Shown one piece after another: positions 49,132-58,353 of a DNA stretch of 64,000 bases (positions within the stretch are counted from its first letter, which is position 1; the number at the start of each line of letters is the position of its first letter). Source of the stretch: Candidatus Altimarinota bacterium (GTDB lineage: Bacteria > Patescibacteriota > Gracilibacteria > UBA4473); contig OZ246423.1 of assembly GCA_965231215.1 (NCBI GenBank), forward strand, positions 1,184,001-1,248,000, written 5' to 3'. Made by a program: the position numbers and the translations under genes. The notes under the pieces were generated by a model. It was not told where the DNA came from and made no database searches. It worked only from the letters and a program-made list of their open reading frames with translations.

Positions 49132-52100
49132 ATGAAGTTTTTACCCCTATTTACACACTCAAAAAGAACTGATGATTCAGCTCGTTTTTTGGCGTTTGCT
49201 GGGTCTGGAGTAGAGACTGAAGGGGCTGGAGAAGAAAGGGCCTTTTTGCGAGCTCAAGAAAATTTAAAAAACCCATACAAGCTCAGTCAAAAAGACTTAA
49301 AGGTTTTAGAGAAAAATTCTGATTTACTTAATGCGGAAGACAAAAAGCTACTCAATGGCGCTTTAGAGTTTCATCTCAGTATGCTCCAAAAGAACGGAAC
49401 AGAAACTGTTGCCAATAGTTTTGTAACAGGGGTTAAGTTTTCAAAATTATGGAATTTGGTGAGCCCGGCTCTGAGAGTTCAAGTAGAAGGCGTTATGTCG
49501 AGAGACCATGAGCAAGTAAAAGCTATTATGGCTAAACGAAAAGAAAGCCTTTCAACCAATGATCGTATGCATTTATTGAGAATATATAGGCATATGCGAA
49601 CCCAAAAGAATGTAGACAAAAAGCTTTTTGATCAAGTATCTGAAACTATTTTAAAAACGACACAATCTTTGATTGCTGAATATGAAGTTACCTCCACAGA
49701 GCGAGGAATAGAAGCTCTTAATAGAAGCAAAAAATTTCAACTTCAAGATAAAATATTTTTGCTTGAAGCTTCTCAAGTTTTTCCAGAAGTTGAACAGGCG
49801 CAGAGTTTAATCACTGCTGAGCAGAATGCCAAATTGGCTATGCTGTCGGATTCAATCCTTAAGGAAATTATAAAAGACCTAGGAGACGGTCCAGATGGGA
49901 ATAAAAAGTTTAAGCGAGTAGAATACCTAGGTTCTTGGGAAGCGGTAGAGGCTTTAGCTAATGGACAAACTTTAAGTACCGCCCCTGAAAATGTTCGGCA
50001 AACACTCAATAGGTTGGTTCAGGCGAGCCAAACGGCTCAATTTTTACACTGGGCCAAAAACTGGAAAACTTTTAATGGAGGGCTATTCCTACCAGAACAT
50101 GTGAAAGCTTTGCGCTCTATAAAAAAGGATAAAGAAGCTGAGGTTAATGCGGTGCATACGATTTTTGGAGCCGAAAAAGAGATGACCGATAGTGAGTTTC
50201 AAATATTTCTTCAGGAATGGACAGAAGAAAAAGGCGATATCAAGCTTCAAACCAAAGAAAAAGGCGAAGATGACAAAGAAAGCTTTGAAGAAGCTTCTGC
50301 TTTAGATCGAGTAACAGAAGAACAAAAAAAATTAAACGATCCAAGAACTCAATTTGCCGCTTTTAAAACTAAATACGAAGCTATTGAGGCCGAATTAAGG
50401 CCGCTCTTGAGTGAAGATGAAAGCTTTAGAAATGCCTGGGGGGAAGTGCCTCATGAGGCGGTAACCCTTGGAGTAGCTTTAACTAATCCAGACTGGGAAA
50501 CGAGTGCAGAACCATTTGATGACAATATTCTTTCTCAAAAACTTCAAGAAGTACACGAATACGCAAGAAATAAAAGAGGGACACTAGCCGCCTCTAATGA
50601 GGAGGAGGAAAAAGCTAAAGCCAATGACTATCAAAAAGCCTCTGAAATACTTGACAAATTTTCAAGTGATCTCTATGAAGAATCTTATTCTAAAAAGAAA
50701 AAAGAAATAGATGAACAGGCTTCAAAGGTGCGTTCTCAGGCTATGTCTCAAGAAGCTCAACTCAAGGAATATGTGGATCTTATGCAGACAATCCATGGAG
50801 CTCCAGATGAAGCTGGAACACTTTTAGGTCAATACAGTGAAGGACTTAAAACGAGAATAGGCGAAAGACGACTGACTGGTGCTGACATGTCGGTGATTCT
50901 TCAGGATGAAGACGCTTATGAACTTCTAGGTAAAGAATTTTATAGCCATGATTTAATAAATATTATTAGAAATTTTAGAGACCAATTCAAGACCGCTTTG
51001 GTGGATCCAATTATTAATCAGCTAAAGGCAAATCAACCTCTAAATGAAACAGATTTTTTAATTGAACTGGGGCAAAAACTTGAACTTGGATCAATTCTGA
51101 AAAATCCAGACCTTAAACCGGTTATTACAGAGCTCAAATATCAACTCGATGGAACAGAAATCCCTATTAAATCGGTAATAGATGGAATTATGGCGTCCTT
51201 CCGTACTGATATTTGGGAGCAAGTAAGACTCAGCTATCCGGATCTAGTAGGAAGAATCAGTCATAATATTTCAGGGAGAGCCAAAACCATTTTAGATATA
51301 GAAAAAGCTACAGCTGGAGAGCGACATCTTCATGAAGTAATGTCTCGATATGAAAGAGCGCATCAAGGACTTTATGATCACGAAGCAATTCAAAAAGGAA
51401 TGGATGCGGTAGGGGATTATCGGAGGAAACTTTCGAGTGATCAAAGCGAACTAAATCGAATAAAACAAGCTACAAACAAGGCTCTTGGAGGGGCTTCAAA
51501 ACAAAAAATTGCCTCTTATTTAAATGCTTATATTCCAGCAGTGCCTGTAGAAAAAATACATCAAGCCTTAGATTCCGTTACACATACAGACATTATTGCT
51601 GGAAACAATGAAACCCTTTTGAGTCAGCTACAGGCTCAACTGCCAGAGTTGGGGCCATTACTTCAATACAGGCCAGATAAAAAAGATGAAATCCTTACTG
51701 AACTTGGGAAATTAGTAGTTCGTGAAGGCGCTGCACAGGCTTTTGATAAAGCCATTGAATCCAGTAGTTACAACCTCAATGAAGGGAATGATAAATTTCT
51801 TGGAACCAAAGTTCTGTCTGAAATGGCTTTACAATTAAGTCCCTTTATACAAGAGGCTAATATTCTACAAAAAAGGCTAGATTATCACCTCTTGACGATG
51901 CAAGATCGTCTCAAAAGAGGGGAGCACTTCACGGGAGCGCAGCTTCAAGCTGAGTTCGTTAAACCGGTTGAAGATCAAGTAGTAAATAGACTTGATCTTA
52001 TAGGAAGAGAAGCCGCCCAAATTCTAAATGATCTTTTTCCAGAGTATAAAGAGCGTTTTAACGACAGGTATCTCAAAACCTTTAATGAAAAATTAGATCT

Positions 52101-54456
52101 TTTAAAAGAACACTTAAATAGTTGTTCTCAAGCCTACGCCAATAGTCAGATGGATGGAGTTTCAGGGATAGAAGACTTGGAAGAAATTAGAAAAGTCTTT
52201 ATGGGCGTCGCCGGATCTTTAGATTTAGGTAAAGATCGGTGGGGGGGCGTGGTAGGAGCATTGAAAGACACGCATAAACATATTCCAGAAACAGCTCAAT
52301 TCCTAGACGATGAGTTAGGACTTTTAAAACCTGGAGGATACGAAGAAGCTAAAAGGAATTTTGAAAAAGAGCAAGCCAAAGCCAAACAGGAGGCAGAAGC
52401 TTTTTTTGCTTTAAGTAATGAAGTTTTACAAATTTGGGAAAAAGATATCAAAGAAATTGATGATAAAAAATTTAAACTGCTATATCACGTGGATAAGCCT
52501 ACGATGATGAAATATCTAGATGATTATCAAAATTTAACAGAAGATATAGTGGAAGGGTTTTATAACCCCTTTCTCAAGGATGGAGATTTTTTTCCGCAGT
52601 GGTTTCAGAGATATGCTGATCCAGATCAACAAATTCAAGCCATCAATGATATGAATTTCTTTCATGAATGGAAAGATTATATGTTTGAGAAGCCTTATTA
52701 TGAAAAAGCTAAAGAAGGGTTATTAGATTTTAGAAAAGGATACAAAGAAAACAGAAAGGCTGTGGATATAGGGGCTTTTGATCATTTAGTAAGACGCCCT
52801 TGGCGGTTTTTGAAAAGCATTCGTTATGAAAATGGAGCTACTTTGCTCAGTATCTATCATGTTATTATAGAGGTTTATGAGCTTACAGGGAAGCGGTGGG
52901 AACGCACCAAAGATCGTCGTAAAGCCTGGCTGGGGTCTAAACTTTTTGGTGATACTGCCTGGGGGAAAGAATTCCAACGAGTAGCCAATGAAAAAGAACA
53001 AGAACGGATTGAAGACTACAAGCGTATTCATCAAAAAGCTAATTACCAAGTGCTACAAGAACGAATGAAAAACCCAGGGAATCAAGATGAAGCTCGGGCA
53101 GTGATAGAACTCATGATAGAAAAAGGATATCTTCGTTGGGATGATCCAGAATTTCTTAGAATGCTTATGCGATTTCAGCATGGGGTACGGTTTAATCTTC
53201 CAGAAGATATTGAAAACTATGTAGAAAATCCGGCCGGTCTTAAACTGAAAATTGGTGATGCCGTAAGTGTGATTTGGGATCAGCCAACCTGGCTTAATTG
53301 GAAAGCCGATATGACCTCCAAGTACGAATCAGAAATGGGAAAACACAAAGCCGATTACCGTGAAGAGGTACAGAAGGGGAGTGTAGATGCTTATTTAAGT
53401 GATATGTTAGAAAAATGGGCTTTAGGAGAAATTGATGAAAATTTTGAACGAGCAAAATTTGAAGCTTATATCTATGAAGCCTTTGATAATGGAGAAATGA
53501 ACGGATACCCAGCAGGGGATAGACGGTGGTTTTATCTAATTAAAGGCCTCACTACCAAACTGGGGGGAACCGGAGAAACTATCTTGAGTACAGATGCTCT
53601 TTCACGTCTTGGGAAACTTCAAGGGAAAATGCCTTATACCGATGCTTTTGATGATGGAGTTGGCTGGAAACTCAATGGAAAAGTAGTGCCAGAAGGGACT
53701 CCTGGAGCCCATCAAGGATCTTGGGATTACAATGATATTCAACACTGGAATAAATATTTTGACCATATCAGTGGGTTTAATGGAACCCCTGAAGAAGTAA
53801 CGGTAGCGGTTCGAAGATGGCTTAATGATTCACTAGTGCCCACCTTTGATGCACAGGATCGTATGGGGAAAGTACAATTAACCGATATTGATAGGGATGA
53901 CGCTGGAATACTTCCGTTACTGCTTTCCCCAGAACGGTTAAGATCAGTGCTTGTCTTTGCCTCTGGGGATAAACGCCCAGTAGATGATAAATATTATGTT
54001 CAACTCTTGGATAGTTTTGAAAATAATCTTAAAGATACAATCCATAATTATAGAACATTTGAAAAAAATTATGAAGACTCTGAAGGGTATGACGAACTGA
54101 AACAGACAAACCTACTCCGTATTGGGCAAATGCTGAGAAACTATTTCCTAATGAGCCAAACTATGGCAGGAAACTGGGATGCTGAGTCTCATGTAGGAGC
54201 GGTAGTTTTGAGTGATATTGAATGGGAAAAAAATAAACTTGATGAAAAATATAAAAATATTGTGGGAGTTGTGGGAAAACTTTTTGGAGATGATGGAGAA
54301 GTAACTTCGCTTGTAGATGTACACAATAAAGAACAAGAGCCCTCTAAACATAAGGATAAATCTATTCAGTATACAGCCGATAAAGTAAAAAAAATCTATG
54401 AAGATACTAGGTTCACTGACCTAGGGCTGATAGAGAACTTTATAAAAAATATTTAG
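49132..54456 (+). CDS. Giant hypothetical alpha-helical protein (1774 aa)
   Basis: Uninterrupted ORF with TGGTATAAT upstream; charged helical composition; no recognised domain. Confidence 0.8.
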   Translation: MKFLPLFTHSKRTDDSARFLAFAGSGVETEGAGEERAFLRAQENLKNPYKLSQKDLKVLEKNSDLLNAEDKKLLNGALEFHLSMLQKNGTETVANSFVTGVKFSKLWNLVSPALRVQVEGVMSRDHEQVKAIMAKRKESLSTNDRMHLLRIYRHMRTQKNVDKKLFDQVSETILKTTQSLIAEYEVTSTERGIEALNRSKKFQLQDKIFLLEASQVFPEVEQAQSLITAEQNAKLAMLSDSILKEIIKDLGDGPDGNKKFKRVEYLGSWEAVEALANGQTLSTAPENVRQTLNRLVQASQTAQFLHWAKNWKTFNGGLFLPEHVKALRSIKKDKEAEVNAVHTIFGAEKEMTDSEFQIFLQEWTEEKGDIKLQTKEKGEDDKESFEEASALDRVTEEQKKLNDPRTQFAAFKTKYEAIEAELRPLLSEDESFRNAWGEVPHEAVTLGVALTNPDWETSAEPFDDNILSQKLQEVHEYARNKRGTLAASNEEEEKAKANDYQKASEILDKFSSDLYEESYSKKKKEIDEQASKVRSQAMSQEAQLKEYVDLMQTIHGAPDEAGTLLGQYSEGLKTRIGERRLTGADMSVILQDEDAYELLGKEFYSHDLINIIRNFRDQFKTALVDPIINQLKANQPLNETDFLIELGQKLELGSILKNPDLKPVITELKYQLDGTEIPIKSVIDGIMASFRTDIWEQVRLSYPDLVGRISHNISGRAKTILDIEKATAGERHLHEVMSRYERAHQGLYDHEAIQKGMDAVGDYRRKLSSDQSELNRIKQATNKALGGASKQKIASYLNAYIPAVPVEKIHQALDSVTHTDIIAGNNETLLSQLQAQLPELGPLLQYRPDKKDEILTELGKLVVREGAAQAFDKAIESSSYNLNEGNDKFLGTKVLSEMALQLSPFIQEANILQKRLDYHLLTMQDRLKRGEHFTGAQLQAEFVKPVEDQVVNRLDLIGREAAQILNDLFPEYKERFNDRYLKTFNEKLDLLKEHLNSCSQAYANSQMDGVSGIEDLEEIRKVFMGVAGSLDLGKDRWGGVVGALKDTHKHIPETAQFLDDELGLLKPGGYEEAKRNFEKEQAKAKQEAEAFFALSNEVLQIWEKDIKEIDDKKFKLLYHVDKPTMMKYLDDYQNLTEDIVEGFYNPFLKDGDFFPQWFQRYADPDQQIQAINDMNFFHEWKDYMFEKPYYEKAKEGLLDFRKGYKENRKAVDIGAFDHLVRRPWRFLKSIRYENGATLLSIYHVIIEVYELTGKRWERTKDRRKAWLGSKLFGDTAWGKEFQRVANEKEQERIEDYKRIHQKANYQVLQERMKNPGNQDEARAVIELMIEKGYLRWDDPEFLRMLMRFQHGVRFNLPEDIENYVENPAGLKLKIGDAVSVIWDQPTWLNWKADMTSKYESEMGKHKADYREEVQKGSVDAYLSDMLEKWALGEIDENFERAKFEAYIYEAFDNGEMNGYPAGDRRWFYLIKGLTTKLGGTGETILSTDALSRLGKLQGKMPYTDAFDDGVGWKLNGKVVPEGTPGAHQGSWDYNDIQHWNKYFDHISGFNGTPEEVTVAVRRWLNDSLVPTFDAQDRMGKVQLTDIDRDDAGILPLLLSPERLRSVLVFASGDKRPVDDKYYVQLLDSFENNLKDTIHNYRTFEKNYEDSEGYDELKQTNLLRIGQMLRNYFLMSQTMAGNWDAESHVGAVVLSDIEWEKNKLDEKYKNIVGVVGKLFGDDGEVTSLVDVHNKEQEPSKHKDKSIQYTADKVKKIYEDTRFTDLGLIENFIKNI

Positions 54457-54473
54457 TTTTCATTGACTAAAAA

Positions 54474-55640
54474 ATGAGTAAAGATGTAGGCAATATGACC
54501 TACATTTACTTAGATCATGCAGCGCAGACCTTCCCTCGAAAGGCAGTTATTGAGGTGAGTCAAGAAACGTTAGAACTATCTTTAGGCAATCCTAGTAGTG
54601 TCAATCAATTAGGGCAAAAGGGGAGAGCCATAGTGGATGGGGCTCGAATCTCTGTGGCTAAGCATTTACAGGCTCAACAAGAAGCAATTATTTTTACTTC
54701 TGGTGCTACAGAAGCTATTTCATTAGCTATCATTGGTGGTTATTTAGCGCTGCCTAAAAAAAAGGGGGTGATCTACACATCACCTTTAGTACATAGTTGT
54801 ATCTGGGAAGCGCTCAAATTTTTAGAAAAAAATTTTAAAACTGAAATAAAGTTTTTGCCTATTACTAAAACGGGTTTCTTAGATTTAGAAACTATAGGAG
54901 AATCTGTTTTTAGTGGCGCTGATTTAATTATTTCCGAGCATGGAAATTCTGAAATAGGGCTGTTACAGCCGGTTACCAAAATAGGAAAAAAAATGATTAA
55001 ATGGGCTGAAGAAAACGATGCTTTAAAGCCACTTTTTATAGTAGATGCAGCCGCTTCTATGGTTACAGAAACGATAAGCCTTGAGTACCTAAAAGCTGAC
55101 ATGATAGCCCTTTCTGGTGAAAAGTTTGGAGGACTTTCTGGAAGCGGAGTGCTTTTAAAATCAAATTCAGTTGAACTAAACCCCATAACCGGAGGGAGTC
55201 ATGAGTTTGGATTGAGAGGGGGAACAGAAAACGTGGTGGGGATTCAGGCCTTGAGCAAAGCCTTAGAATTACACATTGCGTCTCAAACAGAAATGCGTGA
55301 AAGGTTTCTCAAATATCATAAATTAGTGAATACATTTTTTGAACAAAAAATGGATTCTTTTCAGATAGTTACGCCTAAAGAAAACTTTTTACCGCATATT
55401 TTTCACTTTATTTTACCCACTGAAAAGGCCGCCCTGTTTGTTGCTAAATGTGATTTAGCGGGTTTAGCTGTTTCAGCAGGAAGTGCTTGTTCTAGTGGCA
55501 GTATTGCTGGCTCCAAAGTTTTGAAAAACCTAGGGTTTTCCTCAGACGTAGCGGAAAGAGGCATTCGTCTCTCTTGGGGATGGAATACAACTGAAAGTGA
55601 AATCAAAAAAGCGCTTGAAGTGATTTCTGAATGTGTGTAG
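54474..55640 (+). CDS. Cysteine desulfurase (IscS/NifS family)
   Basis: YLDHAA, GNPSS, FTSGATEA, SGEKFGG, RGGTENV, SAGSACSSG. Confidence 0.88.
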   Translation: MSKDVGNMTYIYLDHAAQTFPRKAVIEVSQETLELSLGNPSSVNQLGQKGRAIVDGARISVAKHLQAQQEAIIFTSGATEAISLAIIGGYLALPKKKGVIYTSPLVHSCIWEALKFLEKNFKTEIKFLPITKTGFLDLETIGESVFSGADLIISEHGNSEIGLLQPVTKIGKKMIKWAEENDALKPLFIVDAAASMVTETISLEYLKADMIALSGEKFGGLSGSGVLLKSNSVELNPITGGSHEFGLRGGTENVVGIQALSKALELHIASQTEMRERFLKYHKLVNTFFEQKMDSFQIVTPKENFLPHIFHFILPTEKAALFVAKCDLAGLAVSAGSACSSGSIAGSKVLKNLGFSSDVAERGIRLSWGWNTTESEIKKALEVISECV

Positions 55641-55784
55641 AATTAGCTTAGCCAATGTATCAAACTTGTACTTGTACCCAAACTAGAATCATGACTTGTA
55701 ACAAGTCAGGGGGTTTGAGTTAAACATTTGTGCTGATGTCTTAATCTGAACTCCCGTTTAAATACTCGGGGGCTTTTTTAAAAT

Positions 55785-56441
55785 ATGAAAAAAATACTGG
55801 TTGTTTCTAGCTATATTCCAAAACCTGGATTTACCTATCCAAAAGGTTTTGAGTGTCCACTGTTACATCAAAATTATGCTCATGCACAAATACGTGGGAT
55901 GTCTAGATTTTTTGATGTTCCCATTGATTGGGAAATTCTTCCCGCTAATAAATATGATTATCAAGGGCTAAGTCAGCACTTTTTTTCAGACCAATATGAT
56001 GGGATTGTTTTAAGTGGTTCTCCTTACTTGTTAAGAGAATCAGAACCCTGGATTTTAAATCTAAGAATGATCTGTGCAGAATTCTTGCAAACTCCAAACA
56101 AACCTATTGTAGGAATTTGTTTTGGAGCACAACTTTTGAATGTTGCCTCAGGGGGAAACGTTGACTCTAGGGGATCGATCCTATGCGGCGAGAAATTTAT
56201 TAAAATGACCCAGAGTACCAAAAAAATTAAAACGCGTGTCTATCATGAGAATTTCTTAACTCAAATTCCCCAGAATGCTAAAATTTTAGCTACTGGACCA
56301 GAAGGTATGCCCTACATTGTTGAGTTTGATGCAAATGTAGTAGGGATTCAAAGCCATCCAGAATTGGAACTAAAAGACGAAACAGAAAACAGAAACGCTA
56401 ATGTTTTTTGGAAACAATTTTTTGCTAAACTTGATTTTTGA
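55785..56441 (+). CDS. Class I glutamine amidotransferase domain protein
   Basis: DGIVLSGSP, GICFGAQ nucleophile elbow, QSHPE triad. Confidence 0.88.
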   Translation: MKKILVVSSYIPKPGFTYPKGFECPLLHQNYAHAQIRGMSRFFDVPIDWEILPANKYDYQGLSQHFFSDQYDGIVLSGSPYLLRESEPWILNLRMICAEFLQTPNKPIVGICFGAQLLNVASGGNVDSRGSILCGEKFIKMTQSTKKIKTRVYHENFLTQIPQNAKILATGPEGMPYIVEFDANVVGIQSHPELELKDETENRNANVFWKQFFAKLDF

Positions 56442-56484
56442 ACCTTTAACTTAGTAGAGGAGGTATGATAAAGGTGCCTCATTT

Positions 56485-56512
56485 AGTTAACACAATTTAT
56501 ATTGTTTTAATT
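56485..56512. other. dif-like 11-6-11 site (candidate Xer attachment site)
   Basis: agttaacacaa-tttata-ttgttttaatt; left arm reverse complement TTGTGTTAACT is 9/11 identical to the E. coli XerD arm TTATGTTAAAT; located at the composition boundary. Confidence 0.45.
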
Positions 56513-56566
56513 TATACGATAGAGAGTGACTAGTCTTATTCTCTATTTCTTTATTTTTTTAGTCAC

Positions 56567-56857
56567 ATGAAAGACAAAGTTCTTTCTTCTCTCGCTTCCG
56601 TTCGGGCTAAAGCCTTTGCCATTCCTATGATGTTTGGTTTAGGTCTTCTTGGTGTAACCTATGCCCAATCCGCACCACCAGCCTCACTTATCACCTTGAG
56701 TGATACTGAGGAAACTGCTCTCTTCGATATTTATACCCAAGTTCTTGCTTGGCTTAAAGCTTTCGTTGTTGAGTTCAATTTGGTTATCGCAATCGTTATT
56801 GCGACAATCATTATTCTTGGCTTTATGTCACGATTCACTCGAAGAAAACGAGTTTAA
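56567..56857 (+). CDS. Major coat protein-like (pVIII analogue)
   Basis: Cleavable leader ending TYA, acidic amphipathic N-terminal helix, single TM (LVIAIVIATIIILGFM), basic C-terminus RFTRRKRV, followed by a strong hairpin. Confidence 0.75.
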   Translation: MKDKVLSSLASVRAKAFAIPMMFGLGLLGVTYAQSAPPASLITLSDTEETALFDIYTQVLAWLKAFVVEFNLVIAIVIATIIILGFMSRFTRRKRV

Positions 56858-56866
56858 AAAAACAGT

Positions 56867-56888
56867 AGAAGCCTTCGGGCTTCTTCTT
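56867..56888 (+). terminator. Terminator-like hairpin after the coat gene
   Basis: agaagcc-ttcg-ggcttct (UUCG tetraloop) followed by tctt. Confidence 0.7.
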
Positions 56889-56979
56889 GGGTGTTCCCCT
56901 CCTTGGCGCGAGGCTCTTGGGAACCCCTTAGAAAAAGTCTTCCGCGCCATCTTCTACATACCTTTTAACCATTACTATT

Positions 56980-57213
56980 ATGAAAGTCGAATTTTCCATC
57001 ATCCATCAAAAGGATATGGGTGAGAAAACCATGTTTTATTGCCTTGATCCTGATAGCGAAGTTGTCGCTATTAAAATTGATAACTCTTTATTGAAGAAAT
57101 TTTATGATGAATCTAAAAAGCTTATTTCTCTTTCTTACCTAGAGATTAAGCGTATCCGCAAGCCAGACTTTGGCTTTGTTAGTCAGGTGGGTATTTATGC
57201 CCCTAAAAACTAG
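56980..57213 (+). CDS. Small beta-rich protein, candidate ssDNA-binding protein (pV analogue)
   Basis: 77-aa soluble protein with alternating beta-strand pattern and aromatic/basic residues; the only small soluble gene in the module. Confidence 0.45.
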   Translation: MKVEFSIIHQKDMGEKTMFYCLDPDSEVVAIKIDNSLLKKFYDESKKLISLSYLEIKRIRKPDFGFVSQVGIYAPKN

Positions 57214-57258
57214 TTCACACTCTTTTGCTTGTGTGTGTATTTTTAACCAATTTTGAGA

Positions 57259-57501
57259 ATGCAAGACCTTATTAACAATTTCGATTTTTTCGAGATCACG
57301 GTATCTCCCTTTGAGAACATCTTGTATTCTCAATTTTTGGTTGATTTCCTATTTAACGGTGAATTTGTTTATTTGTTTGCTAACTTATTTATTTTAGCCT
57401 TTATTTTTTCTCTTATCTCTCTCGTTCCAATTGTCATTATGCTTTTCTTTAAATGGCTCTTTTGGGACTGGATTGCTTTTTATTTACATAAAGTTTTTTA
57501 A
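57259..57501 (+). CDS. Small hydrophobic protein, candidate minor coat protein
   Basis: ATG at 57259, long hydrophobic stretch; stop overlaps the next ATG (TAATG). Confidence 0.6.
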   Translation: MQDLINNFDFFEITVSPFENILYSQFLVDFLFNGEFVYLFANLFILAFIFSLISLVPIVIMLFFKWLFWDWIAFYLHKVF

Positions 57502-58352
57502 TGAAGTCTTTTTTTGACTCTTTATCATATCAGTTATTGCTGGTTTTTATACTAGTTCTTTTTTTCGTTGGGCATCCCGTTTCTAAAGTGAATGCTCAAT
57601 CTCCTAATTGTTCTTCTGATCCTAATATTGGTGTTTCTGGTTGTACTCAATCTGAGTGTTCTTCTCTCGGTGCTTACTGGAATGGCTCATCCTGTGAACC
57701 TGCTGTTTTGGGATGTACAAACTCTAATTCTACTAATTATTCCTCAAATGCTAACACTAATGATGGTTCTTGCTCTACTTGTAATACTATTGATAGGTCT
57801 GGGTGTTCCCAATCCGGTTGTTCAAGTACTGATGGTTTCTGGGATACTTCTGATGTTAGTAACCCTTATTGTCGTGCTAATACACAAGGCTGTACTGATA
57901 TAAATGCAGTAAATTATGATTCTTCTGCCACGACCAATGACGCATCTTCCTGTCTTTATTGTGAGCCTGATGATCCCGGCAATTGTCAAGATCAATCTTC
58001 TTGTGAAGGCGTAGGAGGGCTTTGGTACTCAAACACTTCTACTTGTGGTCAAGATGTACCAGGTTCTACTACTGCTCCTGACCCAGAACAATCACAGTAT
58101 TATGCTTCTTCTGCTTCAGCTGGTTACTTTGAAGCTTTTGAATCTCGTTGTGTTTCGCTCGATGAATCATTTGTTTGTGATCGCTGGGCTTTTGATTTAT
58201 CAGAAGACTTTTTGAAATTTCATATAAGTAGTATTTACAACTCTATCTATAACGCTGTAGGTACATTACTTATTATCACTCTCTCTTTTTTCTTGGTTGT
58301 TCAAATTTTAAAACGACCGATCAAAGCTATTTTTGGTAACTCTAAATTATAA
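57501..58352 (+). CDS. Cys-rich repeat surface protein with signal peptide and C-terminal TM
   Basis: GCTNSNSTNYSSNANTNDGSC and GCTDINAVNYDSSATTNDASSC repeats; C..S.C...G..W repeats; TM then basic tail. Confidence 0.8.
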   Translation: MKSFFDSLSYQLLLVFILVLFFVGHPVSKVNAQSPNCSSDPNIGVSGCTQSECSSLGAYWNGSSCEPAVLGCTNSNSTNYSSNANTNDGSCSTCNTIDRSGCSQSGCSSTDGFWDTSDVSNPYCRANTQGCTDINAVNYDSSATTNDASSCLYCEPDDPGNCQDQSSCEGVGGLWYSNTSTCGQDVPGSTTAPDPEQSQYYASSASAGYFEAFESRCVSLDESFVCDRWAFDLSEDFLKFHISSIYNSIYNAVGTLLIITLSFFLVVQILKRPIKAIFGNSKL

Positions 58353-58353
58353 A

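Noticed and set aside
56700-57023. 107-aa ORF in the phage-like region
   Set aside because: It overlaps the coat-like gene and crosses the terminator hairpins; alternative-frame artefact.
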